DNA of 64,000 bases from Candidatus Eiseniibacteriota bacterium (GTDB lineage Bacteria > Eisenbacteria > RBG-16-71-46): positions 908,378-972,377 of the forward strand of contig CAVSAC010000014.1 of assembly GCA_963725865.1 (NCBI GenBank), given 5' to 3'. A program made the position numbers and the translations under genes. The notes under the pieces were generated by a model. The model did no database searches. It saw only the letters and a program-made list of their open reading frames with translations, and was not told the origin of the DNA. Below, in pieces: positions 38,328 to 50,931 of this stretch (the stretch's first letter is position 1; each line of letters starts with the position of its first letter).

Positions 38328-39476
38328 ATGGAGCTGACCATCCAGCAGGGCGACCTGGCCTTCGGTGTGGCCCGCGCCCTGGGATCGGTTTCGACCAAGA
38401 GCCCTCTTCCGCTTCTGAGCTGCATCCTGCTCGAGGCCGAGAAGGGCGGGTTGCGGATCACCGGTACCGACCTCGATGTGACCACCTCGGTGGTGGTGCC
38501 GTGCACCGTCGCATCGCCGGGCAAGACGGCCATCTCGGCCCGCCACTTCAACGACGTCGTACGTAAGATCCCGAAGGGTGTGCTCGCGATCGCGATCGCA
38601 GGCCAGCAGTGCGAGGTGCGCTACGGAGATGGCAAGGGCTGGTCCAAGTTCCCGACCCAGGACCCCGCCGACTTCCCGCGCATTCCGGAACTGCGGGGTG
38701 AGGCGAAAGTCTCGCTGCCGGGTGACGTGCTCTCGCGCCTCGTCACGCGGAGTCTCTACGCGACGTCGTCCGAGGAGACCCGCCCTCAGCTGAACGGCGT
38801 GCTCGTCCATGGCACCGACAAGCAGGTCGCGTTCGTCGCGACCGACGGTCATCGGCTCTCGAAGGCGACGCGCAAGGGCGGGTTCGCGGGTCTCTCGAAG
38901 GAGGGCGTGATCGTTCCGGGGCGTGCGCTCCAGGCCGTCAGCCGGGTCGCCGAGGAAGCCACCAGCCCGGTCGAGTTCGAAGTCGCGGGATCCAAGAACC
39001 AGGCGGCATTCGCGGCCCAGGTCGGCGAGTATCGCGTCCAGATCCTGACGCGGCTGCTGGAGGGACCGTATCCGAACTACGAGCAGGTGATCCCGCGCGA
39101 CAACCCGAAGGAACTCAAGGTGCGGCGCGCCGACCTGATGGAGGCGGTCGACATCGTCTCCTCGCACGCGGACAACATCACGCGCCAGGTCCGGTTCTCG
39201 GTACGCGCCGGAAAGCTGGGGATCTCGTCGGCCACCGAGCTGGGGGCAGGCGAACATCTGATCGCGGCCGAGTACGCGGGCGACGATCTCGAGATCGGAT
39301 ACAACGCGACCTACGTCCTCGACATGCTGAAATCGGTTCCGACCGAGCACGTGATGTTCCGCCTCAAGACCGCCCTCGCAGCCGGGGTGGTCGAACCGGT
39401 CGGTGCGCTGCCGCAAGCCGACGAGGATCTGTTGTGTCTCATCATGCCGCTGCGACTCCCGGACGCGGCGGGCTGA
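38328..39476 (+). CDS. dnaN: DNA polymerase III beta sliding clamp
   Basis: It starts MELTIQQGDLAFGVARALGSV, which is the typical beta-clamp N-terminus, and has a three-domain length of 382 aa. A GGGAG RBS is present. Confidence 0.9.
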   Translation: MELTIQQGDLAFGVARALGSVSTKSPLPLLSCILLEAEKGGLRITGTDLDVTTSVVVPCTVASPGKTAISARHFNDVVRKIPKGVLAIAIAGQQCEVRYGDGKGWSKFPTQDPADFPRIPELRGEAKVSLPGDVLSRLVTRSLYATSSEETRPQLNGVLVHGTDKQVAFVATDGHRLSKATRKGGFAGLSKEGVIVPGRALQAVSRVAEEATSPVEFEVAGSKNQAAFAAQVGEYRVQILTRLLEGPYPNYEQVIPRDNPKELKVRRADLMEAVDIVSSHADNITRQVRFSVRAGKLGISSATELGAGEHLIAAEYAGDDLEIGYNATYVLDMLKSVPTEHVMFRLKTALAAGVVEPVGALPQADEDLLCLIMPLRLPDAAG

Positions 39477-39478
39477 GC

Positions 39479-41721
<2,243 letters not shown>

Positions 41722-41723
41722 CG

Positions 41724-42308
41724 ATGCCGATGCTTCGACGGATCCTGATCGTGGCGGCCGCGTTCGTCGTGGCGGCGGCGCCCGCGCACGCGATGCAACG
41801 CCCGGAGCTCCTGATGAGCGCCGGCGCGACCACGCTGGTGAACGGAGATCCCGGGGATGGCGGGGTGTCCCTGTCCATCAGCTCCATGTGGCCGGCCGAC
41901 CCGCCATTCACGTTCGGCCTGATGCTGTTCGCCGACGACTGTGGCACCGACCTCGGCCGCCTCTACGATCAGCACGATGGCGTCGATCTCGGCACGGTCG
42001 AGACCCGACATCGATTCGCCTATGGCGCCGCCTGGAGAGCCGACGCGGCATTGCCCGGTGTGGGACGCTGGGCGCCGTTCGCGAGCGCGACCTGGGGCGC
42101 GTATCGACTGCAGGACGATGCCCGCGGCGACGTGCTCGACGCCAAGACCTCGACCGGCTTCAGCATCGGGGCCGGCGTGCGCCGGCCGTTCCTCGGCAGC
42201 GGAGCGCTCGGGGTGTCGGCGCGCTGGCACGCGGTGGAACGCGGCCCGAGCACCGGCTGGCTGAGCGCGGGACTGGACTGGCAGTGGTATCTCGGCCGGC
42301 GCCCCTGA
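41724..42308 (+). CDS. Hypothetical secreted protein inserted between gyrB and gyrA
   Basis: The ATG is 3 nt after the gyrB stop. It has a signal peptide RRILIVAAAFVVAAAPAHA and a 194-aa Gly/Trp-rich beta-type composition. Confidence 0.5.
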   Translation: MPMLRRILIVAAAFVVAAAPAHAMQRPELLMSAGATTLVNGDPGDGGVSLSISSMWPADPPFTFGLMLFADDCGTDLGRLYDQHDGVDLGTVETRHRFAYGAAWRADAALPGVGRWAPFASATWGAYRLQDDARGDVLDAKTSTGFSIGAGVRRPFLGSGALGVSARWHAVERGPSTGWLSAGLDWQWYLGRRP

Positions 42309-42427
42309 GGCACGACAAGGCGCGCGGCGTTCGGCTCGGCTCCACGCGCGCGGACAGGAGGTCCGCGGCGCACGACCTCAACGCGAGCCGCGTCCGGCGA
42401 CGGACGCGGTGAGGCAGGACGGAAACG

Positions 42428-44959
42428 ATGGCACTCAACGATCGCTCGAAGGTCGTCGACACGAACATCGAAGAGGAGATGAAGACCTCGTACATCGACT
42501 ATTCGATGTCGGTCATCGTCTCTCGCGCCCTTCCCGATGTCCGCGACGGCCTCAAGCCGTCGCAGCGGCGCATCCTGGTCGCGATGAACGACCTCAACCT
42601 GGCGCCCGGCCGACCCTACCGCAAGTGCGCGAAGATCGCCGGCGACACGTCGGGCAACTACCACCCTCACGGTGAGCAGGTCGTCTATCCGACGCTCGTG
42701 CGGCTCGCGCAGGAATGGGTGATGCGCTATCCGCTCGTCGACGGCCAGGGCAACTTCGGCTCGATCGACGGCGACGCGCCCGCGGCCATGCGCTACACGG
42801 AGGCGCGGCTGACCCCGCTCGCGGTCGAGATGCTGAACGACCTCGAGAAGAACACCGTCGACTTCCGCCCGAACTACGACGAGACCCGCGAGGAGCCCAC
42901 CGTCCTTCCGGGCGTGGTGCCGAACCTGCTCGTCAACGGCTGCTCCGGCATCGCCGTGGGCATGGCGACCGAGGTCCCGCCGCACAACCTCGGAGAGATC
43001 TGCGACGCGATCGTGCACGTCATCGACCACCCGGAGTCCGAGCTCGTCGATCTGCTGAAGATCGTGAAGGGCCCCGACTTCCCGACCGGCGGGATCATCT
43101 ACGGCACGCAGGGCATTCGCGACTGCTACCTGACCGGTCGCGGCCTGATGAGGATGCGGGCGCGCGTGCAGGTGGAGGAGGGGCGCCAGGGACGCATGAG
43201 TCTCGTGGCGACCGAAATCCCTTTCCAGGTCAACAAGGCGGCGCTGCTGGAGCGCATCGCCGACATGGTGCGCGACGGCAAGATCACGGGCATCAGCGAC
43301 CTGCGCGACGAATCCGATCGCGAGGGCATGCGCATCGTGATCGAGCTCAAGAAGGACGCGAATCCGAAGGTCGTGCTCAACCAGTTGTTCGTGCACTCCC
43401 CGCTGCAGAGCACGTTCGGGGCGATCATGCTCGCGCTGGTCGACAACCGTCCGCAGGTGATGAACCTGCGCACGCTGATCGACCAGTACGTCGCGCATCG
43501 TCGCATCGTGGTCCGCCGCCGGACGGAATACGATCTCGCCGAGGCGGAGCGCCGGGCGCACATCCTCGAAGGACTCAAGATCGCCCTCGACCATCTCGAC
43601 GCGGTGATCGCCCTGATCCGTGCGTCGAAGGACGTCGAGTCCGCGCGCCAGGGCCTGATGTCGCAGTTCAAGCTCAGCGAGATCCAGGCGAACGCGATCC
43701 TCGAGATGCGGCTCCAGCGGCTCACCGCGCTGGAGCGTTCCAAGATCGAGGCCGAGTACCTCGAGGTCATCCAGCTCATCGAGCAGCTGCGGTCGATCCT
43801 CGCGAGCGAGCAGAAGATGCTTGCGATCATCCAGGACGAGGTGCGGCGCCTGAAGGAGCGGTTCGGCGACGAGCGGCGCACGCAGATCGTGACCGAAGAG
43901 GGCGAGATCGGCTACGAGGACACCATCGAGCAGAAGGACATGGTGATCACGATCTCGCACGCCGGCTACATCAAGCGCCAGGAGATCACCGCGTACCGCT
44001 CGCAGCGCCGCGGCGGAAAGGGAGTGATCGGGGCGCGGACCAAGGACGAGGACTACATCGAGCACCTGTTCGTCGCGAACACCCACGCCTACCTGCTGTT
44101 CCTCACCGACCGCGGGCGCTGCTACTGGCTCAAGGTCCACGAGGTCGAACAGGCGGGCCGGATGGCGCGAGGGCGCCCGCTCGTGAACCACCTCGAGGGC
44201 CTGAGTCGCGAGGAGCGCGTGCAGGCGGTCGTGGCGGTGAAGGAGTTCGACGAGCAGCACTTCCTCGTCTGTGCGACCCGCAAGGGGCTCATCAAGAAGA
44301 CGGTGCTGTCGGCCTACGGCAATCCGCGCAAGGGCGGCATCAACGCGGTGCTGCTCGAGGAGGGCGACGGCGTCATCGAGGCGATCCTCACCGATGGAAC
44401 GCAGGATCTCATCCTCGCGAAGAAGAAGGGCCTCGCGATCCGCTTCCACGAAAGCGAGGTGCGGGCCATGGGCCGCACCGCGTATGGCGTGAAGGCGGTC
44501 ACGCTCGACGACGACCAGGACGAGGTCGTCAGTATGGTGAGCGTCAAGCGCCAGGCGACGCTGCTGGCGGTCACCGAGAACGGCTACGGCAAGCGCAGCG
44601 AGATCTCGGACTACCGGGTCTCGCACCGCGGCGGCAAGGGGATCATCACCATCAAGACCACGGAGCGGAACGGCTACGTGGTCGCCGTCAAGGAAGTCGT
44701 GGACGGTGACGAGCTCATGATCGTGACCCGTTCCGGGCAGCTGATCCGCATGCCGGTGAAGGGCATCTCGGTGATGGGCCGGAACACGCAGGGCGTGCGC
44801 CTGGTGAACCTGCACGCCGAGGAAGGCCAGTTGCTCCCGGACACCGTCGCCGGGGTGACGCGCGTGGTGTCCGAGGAAGAGGACGACGCCGGTGGCGATG
44901 CCGGCGATGCCGGGAGCACCGGCGACACCGTTCCGGAAGGAGAGAGCACCGAGTCGTGA
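42428..44959 (+). CDS. gyrA: DNA gyrase subunit A
   Basis: It has [27 protein letters not shown], the active-site region [10 protein letters not shown], GyrA-box-like beta-pinwheel repeats, and an acidic C-terminal tail. Confidence 0.95.
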   Translation: MALNDRSKVVDTNIEEEMKTSYIDYSMSVIVSRALPDVRDGLKPSQRRILVAMNDLNLAPGRPYRKCAKIAGDTSGNYHPHGEQVVYPTLVRLAQEWVMRYPLVDGQGNFGSIDGDAPAAMRYTEARLTPLAVEMLNDLEKNTVDFRPNYDETREEPTVLPGVVPNLLVNGCSGIAVGMATEVPPHNLGEICDAIVHVIDHPESELVDLLKIVKGPDFPTGGIIYGTQGIRDCYLTGRGLMRMRARVQVEEGRQGRMSLVATEIPFQVNKAALLERIADMVRDGKITGISDLRDESDREGMRIVIELKKDANPKVVLNQLFVHSPLQSTFGAIMLALVDNRPQVMNLRTLIDQYVAHRRIVVRRRTEYDLAEAERRAHILEGLKIALDHLDAVIALIRASKDVESARQGLMSQFKLSEIQANAILEMRLQRLTALERSKIEAEYLEVIQLIEQLRSILASEQKMLAIIQDEVRRLKERFGDERRTQIVTEEGEIGYEDTIEQKDMVITISHAGYIKRQEITAYRSQRRGGKGVIGARTKDEDYIEHLFVANTHAYLLFLTDRGRCYWLKVHEVEQAGRMARGRPLVNHLEGLSREERVQAVVAVKEFDEQHFLVCATRKGLIKKTVLSAYGNPRKGGINAVLLEEGDGVIEAILTDGTQDLILAKKKGLAIRFHESEVRAMGRTAYGVKAVTLDDDQDEVVSMVSVKRQATLLAVTENGYGKRSEISDYRVSHRGGKGIITIKTTERNGYVVAVKEVVDGDELMIVTRSGQLIRMPVKGISVMGRNTQGVRLVNLHAEEGQLLPDTVAGVTRVVSEEEDDAGGDAGDAGSTGDTVPEGESTES

Positions 44960-45048
44960 GCGAGCGGGAGCGGGCCCCGATGACCCGCTCTCGGCGCCCG
45001 CCCCGCGCCGACGCGGGGCTCGCCCATGGCGACCGGGCCGCCCAACCC

Positions 45049-45696
45049 ATGATCCACATCTCCGATTCGACCGTCCGTCGTCTCTCGCACTACTACCGCG
45101 TGCTCGGGGAGCTCGAAGCCGAGGGCCGGCGCGTGGTCTCCTCCCACCGGCTCGCCGAGAGCGAAGGCATCACGTCCGCCCAGGTGCGCAAGGATCTGTC
45201 GTACTTCGGCTCGTTCGGCCGCCGCGGGCTCGGGTACAACGTCGCCCATCTGCGGACCGAGATCCGCTCGATCCTCGGGCTCGATCGGCGCTGGCGGGTC
45301 GCGCTGGTCGGAGCGGGGCACATCGGGGCGGCGCTCGCCAACTACCGCGGCTTCGAGCGCCAGGGATTCGACATCGTCGGGGTGTTCGACTCCGATCCCG
45401 CTCGTGCCGGTCAGACCCTGGCCGGGCAGGTCGTGCGGCCGTTCGCGGCGTTGACCCCCGCCACTGGCGAGCCGGACTACGACATCGGCGTCATCGCGAC
45501 CCCGATGTCCTCCGCCCAGGAGGTCGCCGACGCGCTGGTCGCGACCGGCGTTCGCGCCATCTTGAACTTCGCCCCGCGGAAGCTACAGGTGCCCGTCCAC
45601 GTGGTGGTGAGCACGGTGGACATGACGATGGAGCTGGAGGGGCTGTCGTTCGCGTTGACGCGTGAGCGGGCGCCGCGTCGGCGCGGCCGCGCATGA
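45049..45696 (+). CDS. rex: Redox-sensing transcriptional repressor Rex
   Basis: The N-terminal winged helix reads ISDSTVRRLSHYYRVL, as in the Rex family. The Rossmann NADH-binding motif is RVALVGAGHIGAALA. Confidence 0.75.
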   Translation: MIHISDSTVRRLSHYYRVLGELEAEGRRVVSSHRLAESEGITSAQVRKDLSYFGSFGRRGLGYNVAHLRTEIRSILGLDRRWRVALVGAGHIGAALANYRGFERQGFDIVGVFDSDPARAGQTLAGQVVRPFAALTPATGEPDYDIGVIATPMSSAQEVADALVATGVRAILNFAPRKLQVPVHVVVSTVDMTMELEGLSFALTRERAPRRRGRA

Positions 45697-46592
45697 GCGC
45701 CGCGAGCGCGCAGGTCACCGCGCGCCACGCGACGCTGTCGATGGTCCTCGCGACGCTCCTGTGGGGCGCCACGTTCGTCGTCCTGCGGGACATCCTCGTG
45801 CGGGTCTCCCCGTACGCGCTCGTGTTCACGCGTTTCGCCGCGGCGGCGGTCGCGCTCGCGCTGGTGCTCGCCGTACGACGCCGATGGCCCTCGCGGACGG
45901 ATCTGGTCGGCGGCGTGGTCACCGGAACGCTTACCGCGGGCGGCTACCTGTTCCAGGCGATCGGGCTCCGCACGGCCTCGGCCGGCACCTCCGCGTTCCT
46001 GACCTGCACCGGCACGCTGTTCGCCGCGCTGTTCGCGTGGCCGCTGTTGCGGCAGCGCCCCAGCGGCACGCTGGCGCTCGGGCTCGGGATCGCCGCGGCC
46101 GGATCGGCTCTGCTGTCGTCCCACCGCGACCTGCGCCTGGGCCCGGGCGAGCTGTGGACCCTGCTCGGGGCCCTCGCGTACGCGCTCCAGATCGTCGCGG
46201 TCGCGCGGATCGCGGTCCGAGCCGACGCGGTCACGCTCGCGATGGGACAGGCGGCGACCGTGGCGCTGCTGGCGTGGCCGTTCGCCGGCTTCCCGCGCCC
46301 GCTGATGCCGGCGCTGGCGGGCGCCGACGTCGCGCGGCTCGGCTACCTCGTGCTCGCGGGATCGGTGCTGGCGCCGATGCTGCAGATCCGGGCGCAGCGC
46401 GCGCTGCCGGCCGGCCGTATCGGCCTGCTGTTCGCCCTCGAGCCGGTGTTCGCGCTCGCGTTCGCGCTCACGGTGGGAGGGGAGCGCTTCGTGGGGCAGT
46501 GGTGGCTCGGGGCGGCGCTCATCCTCGCCGCCGTCGTGCTGGTGGAGTGGCGTTCGGGGCGGCAGGAAGCGGCTCGGACAGCCAGCGCGTGA
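45693..46592 (+). CDS. DMT-superfamily (EamA-like) transporter
   Basis: It is a 10-TM protein with two EamA-type halves. Its ATG overlaps the rex stop. Confidence 0.65.
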   Translation: MSAASAQVTARHATLSMVLATLLWGATFVVLRDILVRVSPYALVFTRFAAAAVALALVLAVRRRWPSRTDLVGGVVTGTLTAGGYLFQAIGLRTASAGTSAFLTCTGTLFAALFAWPLLRQRPSGTLALGLGIAAAGSALLSSHRDLRLGPGELWTLLGALAYALQIVAVARIAVRADAVTLAMGQAATVALLAWPFAGFPRPLMPALAGADVARLGYLVLAGSVLAPMLQIRAQRALPAGRIGLLFALEPVFALAFALTVGGERFVGQWWLGAALILAAVVLVEWRSGRQEAARTASA

Positions 46593-47967
46593 GCCGTTCG
46601 CGACACGCCGCATCCGCCCGCCACTGCTCGAGGCCGGTGGGCGCGAGCTGCGTCTCGGAGAGGCGTGCGTGTCCGGCGGCGCCGACCCGGAACAGCGCGT
46701 CGGAGAAGTCATAGGCGCCGAGGTAGTCCTCGGGCGCGATCTGCACGAACACGGCGGCCTGGCGGCCGGCGAGCTCCGCGAGCGCGGGCGCGCGCATCTC
46801 GTCGGGCCCCGCGGGACTGGTGAGCACGACCGCGCGCACCCGGGCGTCGCGCGCCGCCGCACGCGCGGCGATCGCGACCGAGCTGCCATCCGCCGCGAGC
46901 AGCACCCGCGTCGTGTCGCAGCCGCGGGCGCGCGCGAGGACGCGCACCGCCACCGCGACGTCGCCCGCGCCCGCGGTGGTCCAGGCCTCGGGGCGCTCCT
47001 CGACCGCCCAGGTTCCCGGCCACTCGGGGCTGACCGAGTGACCCGATCCGCGCGGCTGGAGGGTCATGACCGCGTATCCGGCCCCCGCCAGTCGCTCCGC
47101 CAGCGAGTCGGCGGCGACCAGCGCTTCACCGGGGGCCAGGATCACCACCGCCGCGCGCGCGAGCCCGGCGCCCGCCGCGGGTCGGGTCGCGCCCACGAGC
47201 GCCACGCCGTCGGTGCCCGCGAAGGTGATCGGCGCGGCGCCGCGCGCGGACAGCTCGCGGAGCTCGGCGGCGTCGGCGACGTGCGACTGGCGGCCGATCG
47301 CGTCGCGCACGCGCGACTCCTCGATCAATCCCCCGAGCAACGCCTGGAGCACCTCGACATCGTGTCCGCGCGACGAGCTCGCGAGCCGCAACAGGACATC
47401 GCGCGCAGCCGCCCGATCGGAGAGCTCGCTCGAGCGCGCGAGCGCCAGCGCCTGCCGCCGGCGCGCGCCGGGAGCATCGCCGCGGGGCTGATAGTCGCGC
47501 CACACGACGAGCGCGCTGTCGGCACGCCCGAGCCGCTCGAGCGCCCGCGCGAGCCACGGCGACAGCGCCGCCCGATCCGCGGGGGCCTCCGTGCCCGCGA
47601 GCGTGGTCACGAGGCAGGCGCGCGCGGCCAACGCATCGCCCGGGCGTCCCCGCTCCAGCAGCGCCTGTGCCAGCGATGCCGCGGCCTCGACCGAGGCCTG
47701 GGTCGCGAACGAACGGGAGAGCGCCTCCACCGCACTGTCGGCGAGCCCGGCGCGCAGCGCGCTGCGCCCCAGCACCGTGAGGGCACGGGCGGCCTGATCG
47801 GGATCCTTGGCCGCGATGCTGCCGGCGTGCGCGGCGAGTCGCGCGCGCAGCTCGGCAGCGCGCTGCGGCTCGAGCAGCAGGCGGTCGAGCGCGGTGATGG
47901 GCGCGGCCGTCGCCACGGTGGTCAGGAGCGTGGCGAGGGCGAGGGCGCACCAGCGGACGGGTCTCAT
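46519..47967 (-). CDS. Secreted protein with an N-terminal helical (TPR-like) region and a C-terminal alpha/beta-hydrolase-like domain
   Basis: Its ATG overlaps the stop of the upstream ABC ATPase (ATGA). It has a signal peptide LALATLLTTVATAAP. The C-terminal region reads AVVILAPGE...GYAVMTLQPRGSGHS.... Confidence 0.5.
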   Translation of the reverse strand: MRPVRWCALALATLLTTVATAAPITALDRLLLEPQRAAELRARLAAHAGSIAAKDPDQAARALTVLGRSALRAGLADSAVEALSRSFATQASVEAAASLAQALLERGRPGDALAARACLVTTLAGTEAPADRAALSPWLARALERLGRADSALVVWRDYQPRGDAPGARRRQALALARSSELSDRAAARDVLLRLASSSRGHDVEVLQALLGGLIEESRVRDAIGRQSHVADAAELRELSARGAAPITFAGTDGVALVGATRPAAGAGLARAAVVILAPGEALVAADSLAERLAGAGYAVMTLQPRGSGHSVSPEWPGTWAVEERPEAWTTAGAGDVAVAVRVLARARGCDTTRVLLAADGSSVAIAARAAARDARVRAVVLTSPAGPDEMRAPALAELAGRQAAVFVQIAPEDYLGAYDFSDALFRVGAAGHARLSETQLAPTGLEQWRADAACRERLTRWLSEPLPAAPNATPPARRRRG

Positions 47968-48704
47968 CGGATCTCCGAGGTGGGTGCGGGACGGGCGATG
48001 GCGAGGTAGGCCTGTTCGAGGGGCGAGAGCCCGGGCTCGCGTCCGCCCCACTCGGAGCGGTCCAGCGTGCGCGCCACCCGGCCCTCGTGCAGCACCACGA
48101 CGCGGTCGCACAGCCGCTCGATGGTCTCGGTGACGTGGCTCGAGAACAGCACGGCGGTCCCCGCCGCCGCGAGGTCGCGCAGCTCCTGTTTGGCGGCCAG
48201 CGCCGCCGAGGCGTCGAGCCCCTCGAGGGCCTCGTCACACAGCAGCACCGCGGGGCGGTGGAGCACCGCGGCGACCAGCGAGAGCTTCTTGCGCATGCCG
48301 TGCGAGAAGCGTCGCACCGGTTCGTCGGTGCGGCCTGCGAGGCCGAACGCGCCGGCCAGCGCGCGGACACGCGTCTCGGCCGCGGCGGGCTCGAGCCCGC
48401 GGACCGACGCGACGAACGCGAGGTACTCGTCCGCAGAGAGCTCCTCGTAGAACGTGGGCTCCTCGGCGGCGTAGCCGAGGAGCCGCTTGGCCGCGGGCGG
48501 ATCCGCCCACAGGTCGACGCCGGCCACGCGCACCTGCCCATCGTCGGGCGGCTGGAGGCCGGCCGCGGTGCGCAGCAGGGTGCTCTTGCCGGCGCCGTTC
48601 GCGCCGAGCAGTCCGACGATCGACCCTGGCGCGACCACGAACGACACCGCATCGAGGGCCCGCAAGGCCCCATAGGAGCGCGTGAGGTCGCGGATCTCGA
48701 GCAT
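47964..48704 (-). CDS. ABC transporter ATP-binding protein (ABC-2-type exporter ATPase)
   Basis: It has Walker A GANGAGKST, signature FSHGMRKKL and Walker B LLCDEA. Confidence 0.85.
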   Translation of the reverse strand: MLEIRDLTRSYGALRALDAVSFVVAPGSIVGLLGANGAGKSTLLRTAAGLQPPDDGQVRVAGVDLWADPPAAKRLLGYAAEEPTFYEELSADEYLAFVASVRGLEPAAAETRVRALAGAFGLAGRTDEPVRRFSHGMRKKLSLVAAVLHRPAVLLCDEALEGLDASAALAAKQELRDLAAAGTAVLFSSHVTETIERLCDRVVVLHEGRVARTLDRSEWGGREPGLSPLEQAYLAIARPAPTSEIR

Positions 48705-49930
48705 CAGGCCGTCTCCTCGAGCCGCGACCAGCGTCGCAGCCGGCGCGACGAATGGATGACGCCGGTCAGCAGCAGGGCCCAGCCGGTGAGCGGGATCATC
48801 AGGCTCGCGACCATCGCCAGGCCGAGCGTCAGCATGAGCAGTCGCCGCGCGAGATCGGCGCGTGGGAACATCGTCACCCCGTAGTTCACCCCGAGCGCGG
48901 CGATCGCGGCGCCGGCGACGCCGGTCCAGACCGCGAACACTCGTGCGGCGACGGGCGAGAGGTCGCGCGCCGCGGCCGCGTGCGCCAGCAACAGGACGGC
49001 CAGCACCAGCGACGCGGATGCGGCGCGCGCGGTCCACAGCGCGCGCGCGTCCACCGGCAGGACCCGCAGCACCGCAAAGGGGTCGCTCCCCGACAACGCC
49101 ACCAGCCAGTCCGCGAGCGTGCCGGCGGCCAGCAACGCGAGCGCGAACGCGAGCGCGCGCCGGAGCGCGAGCGGCTCGATCGGCAGCGACCACGCCGCCA
49201 GCGAGGCGATCACGCAGGCGGTCAGCGGCAGCAGGCGCATGCGGGCGGCCGACGGGGCGAGCGTGATCCGCACGTCCTTCCGCCACAGCGCGCGCCACGT
49301 TCCCTCGCGGCGGTAACGCGGCGCCGGGCGCCGCCCCGCCGCGCTGCCGCGGGCGACCCGCTCGAGCACTCGCGTGACCCGATCGAGCCCGGGGCGGCGG
49401 CGGGTGCGGAGCGCGGCGAGTCGGAACGCGAGCGCGCTGGCGAGCCAGGTGGCGAGTGCCAGTGTCCCCGCGAACGCCGCCAGCAGGCCGAGCAGCGCCC
49501 AGGGCGATACGAGCGCCCACGCCGCGGAGAGCATCGCGAGCGCGGGCGGCACCATCAGCCAGGCGGGCGCCGACGCCTCCCAGGTCAGATGGGCCGCGAG
49601 GGTGCTCGGAGCAATGGGTAACGCGAGCCACTCGGGGCCCGGCACCGTGCGCGTGAGGAGCGCGAACTGGCGCCCGGCCACCGCGAGCGCGCCCGCTCCC
49701 ACGAGCAGTCCGAGATGGAGCCCGAGGCGCCGCGCCACCGCGGGAGCGCCCGCCGTGTAGGCGAGCCCGTCGAGCGGGACGCGCTCCTGCCAGAACAGGA
49801 ACGCAAGCACCAGCGCGGCCAGCGCCAGCAGCTCGAGCCGCAGGACGGGGTCGAGCTGACGCACACGGCGCACCAGCAGCGCGCGCCGCAGGGCGCCGAA
49901 AGCGGGGACGGATCGGGTGGGTCGGGTCAT
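48704..49930 (-). CDS. Polytopic membrane protein, putative permease partner of the adjacent ABC ATPase
   Basis: It is 408 aa with at least 8 hydrophobic helices. Its stop overlaps the ATPase start. It belongs to no family I recognise. Confidence 0.45.
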   Translation of the reverse strand: MTRPTRSVPAFGALRRALLVRRVRQLDPVLRLELLALAALVLAFLFWQERVPLDGLAYTAGAPAVARRLGLHLGLLVGAGALAVAGRQFALLTRTVPGPEWLALPIAPSTLAAHLTWEASAPAWLMVPPALAMLSAAWALVSPWALLGLLAAFAGTLALATWLASALAFRLAALRTRRRPGLDRVTRVLERVARGSAAGRRPAPRYRREGTWRALWRKDVRITLAPSAARMRLLPLTACVIASLAAWSLPIEPLALRRALAFALALLAAGTLADWLVALSGSDPFAVLRVLPVDARALWTARAASASLVLAVLLLAHAAAARDLSPVAARVFAVWTGVAGAAIAALGVNYGVTMFPRADLARRLLMLTLGLAMVASLMIPLTGWALLLTGVIHSSRRLRRWSRLEETA

Positions 49931-50016
49931 GACGAGCGCGTGGATTCTAGCCGAGTCCCTGCCGCGCGCGCAGCGGCCTTTGCGTGGCCAGGCCCCCGTG
50001 GCACCATGCGGGCGCC

Positions 50017-50931
50017 ATGGCCGATCCAGCGCTTGCCCTCTGGTCCCCCGCATACGCGTGCGACATCGGTCCTCACGTGTTCCCCACCGAGAAGTACGCG
50101 CGAGTCCGCGATGAGTTGCTCGCGGCCGGCGTGCTGCGATCGGACGAGGTGGTCGAGCCGGGCCCGATCGCGCGAGCGGAGCTCGAGCGCGCGCACACCG
50201 CCGCCTACCTCGACGACCTCGAGACGCTGCGCTGGACCCCGCGGACGATGGCGTCGGAGCTGCCGCTGGACGCGGGCGTGGTCGCGGCGTACCGGCTGGC
50301 GGCGAGCGGCACGCTCGCGGCCGCCCGCATCGCGCTCGCCCGCGGCGCGGGCGTGCACATCGGCGGGGGCTTCCATCACGCCTTCGCGGACCGGGCCGAG
50401 GGCTTCTGCTACCTGAACGACCTCGCGATCGCGGCTCGCGTCGTACTGGCCGAGGGCCCGGCGCGCCGGGTGGCCATCGTCGACCTCGACGTACACCAGG
50501 GCAACGGCACCGCGCGCATCTTCGAGGGCGACCCGGCCGTGTTCACGCTCTCCGTCCATCAGGAGGACAACTACCCCGTGCCCAAGCAACGCAGCACGCT
50601 CGACGTCGGACTCGCGAACGGCACCGGCGACGACGCCTACCTGGCGCGACTCGACGACGCCTTGGACGCGGTCTGGGCCTTCGCACCGGACCTGGTGCTG
50701 TATCAGGCGGGCGCGGATCCGTTCCACGAGGATCAGCTGGGCGGTCTCGCGCTCACGCACGCGGGACTGGCGGCCCGCGACGACCGCGTCATCGCGGGCG
50801 CCGCGACGCGCGGGATCCCGCTCGCGGTCACGCTGGGCGGCGGCTACGCACGCCGTCTCGAGGACACGGTCGCGATCCATGTCGCGACCTGCACCGCGGC
50901 GTTGCGGACGGTGCGCGGAGGTGGGCGATGA
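50017..50931 (+). CDS. Histone-deacetylase-superfamily protein (acetoin-utilisation AcuC / acetylpolyamine amidohydrolase-like)
   Basis: It has the HDAC motifs IGGGFHHA and DLDVHQGNGT. Confidence 0.8.
   Translation: MADPALALWSPAYACDIGPHVFPTEKYARVRDELLAAGVLRSDEVVEPGPIARAELERAHTAAYLDDLETLRWTPRTMASELPLDAGVVAAYRLAASGTLAAARIALARGAGVHIGGGFHHAFADRAEGFCYLNDLAIAARVVLAEGPARRVAIVDLDVHQGNGTARIFEGDPAVFTLSVHQEDNYPVPKQRSTLDVGLANGTGDDAYLARLDDALDAVWAFAPDLVLYQAGADPFHEDQLGGLALTHAGLAARDDRVIAGAATRGIPLAVTLGGGYARRLEDTVAIHVATCTAALRTVRGGGR

Noticed and set aside
42020-44815. 931-aa minus-strand ORF
   Set aside because: It is antisense to gyrA.
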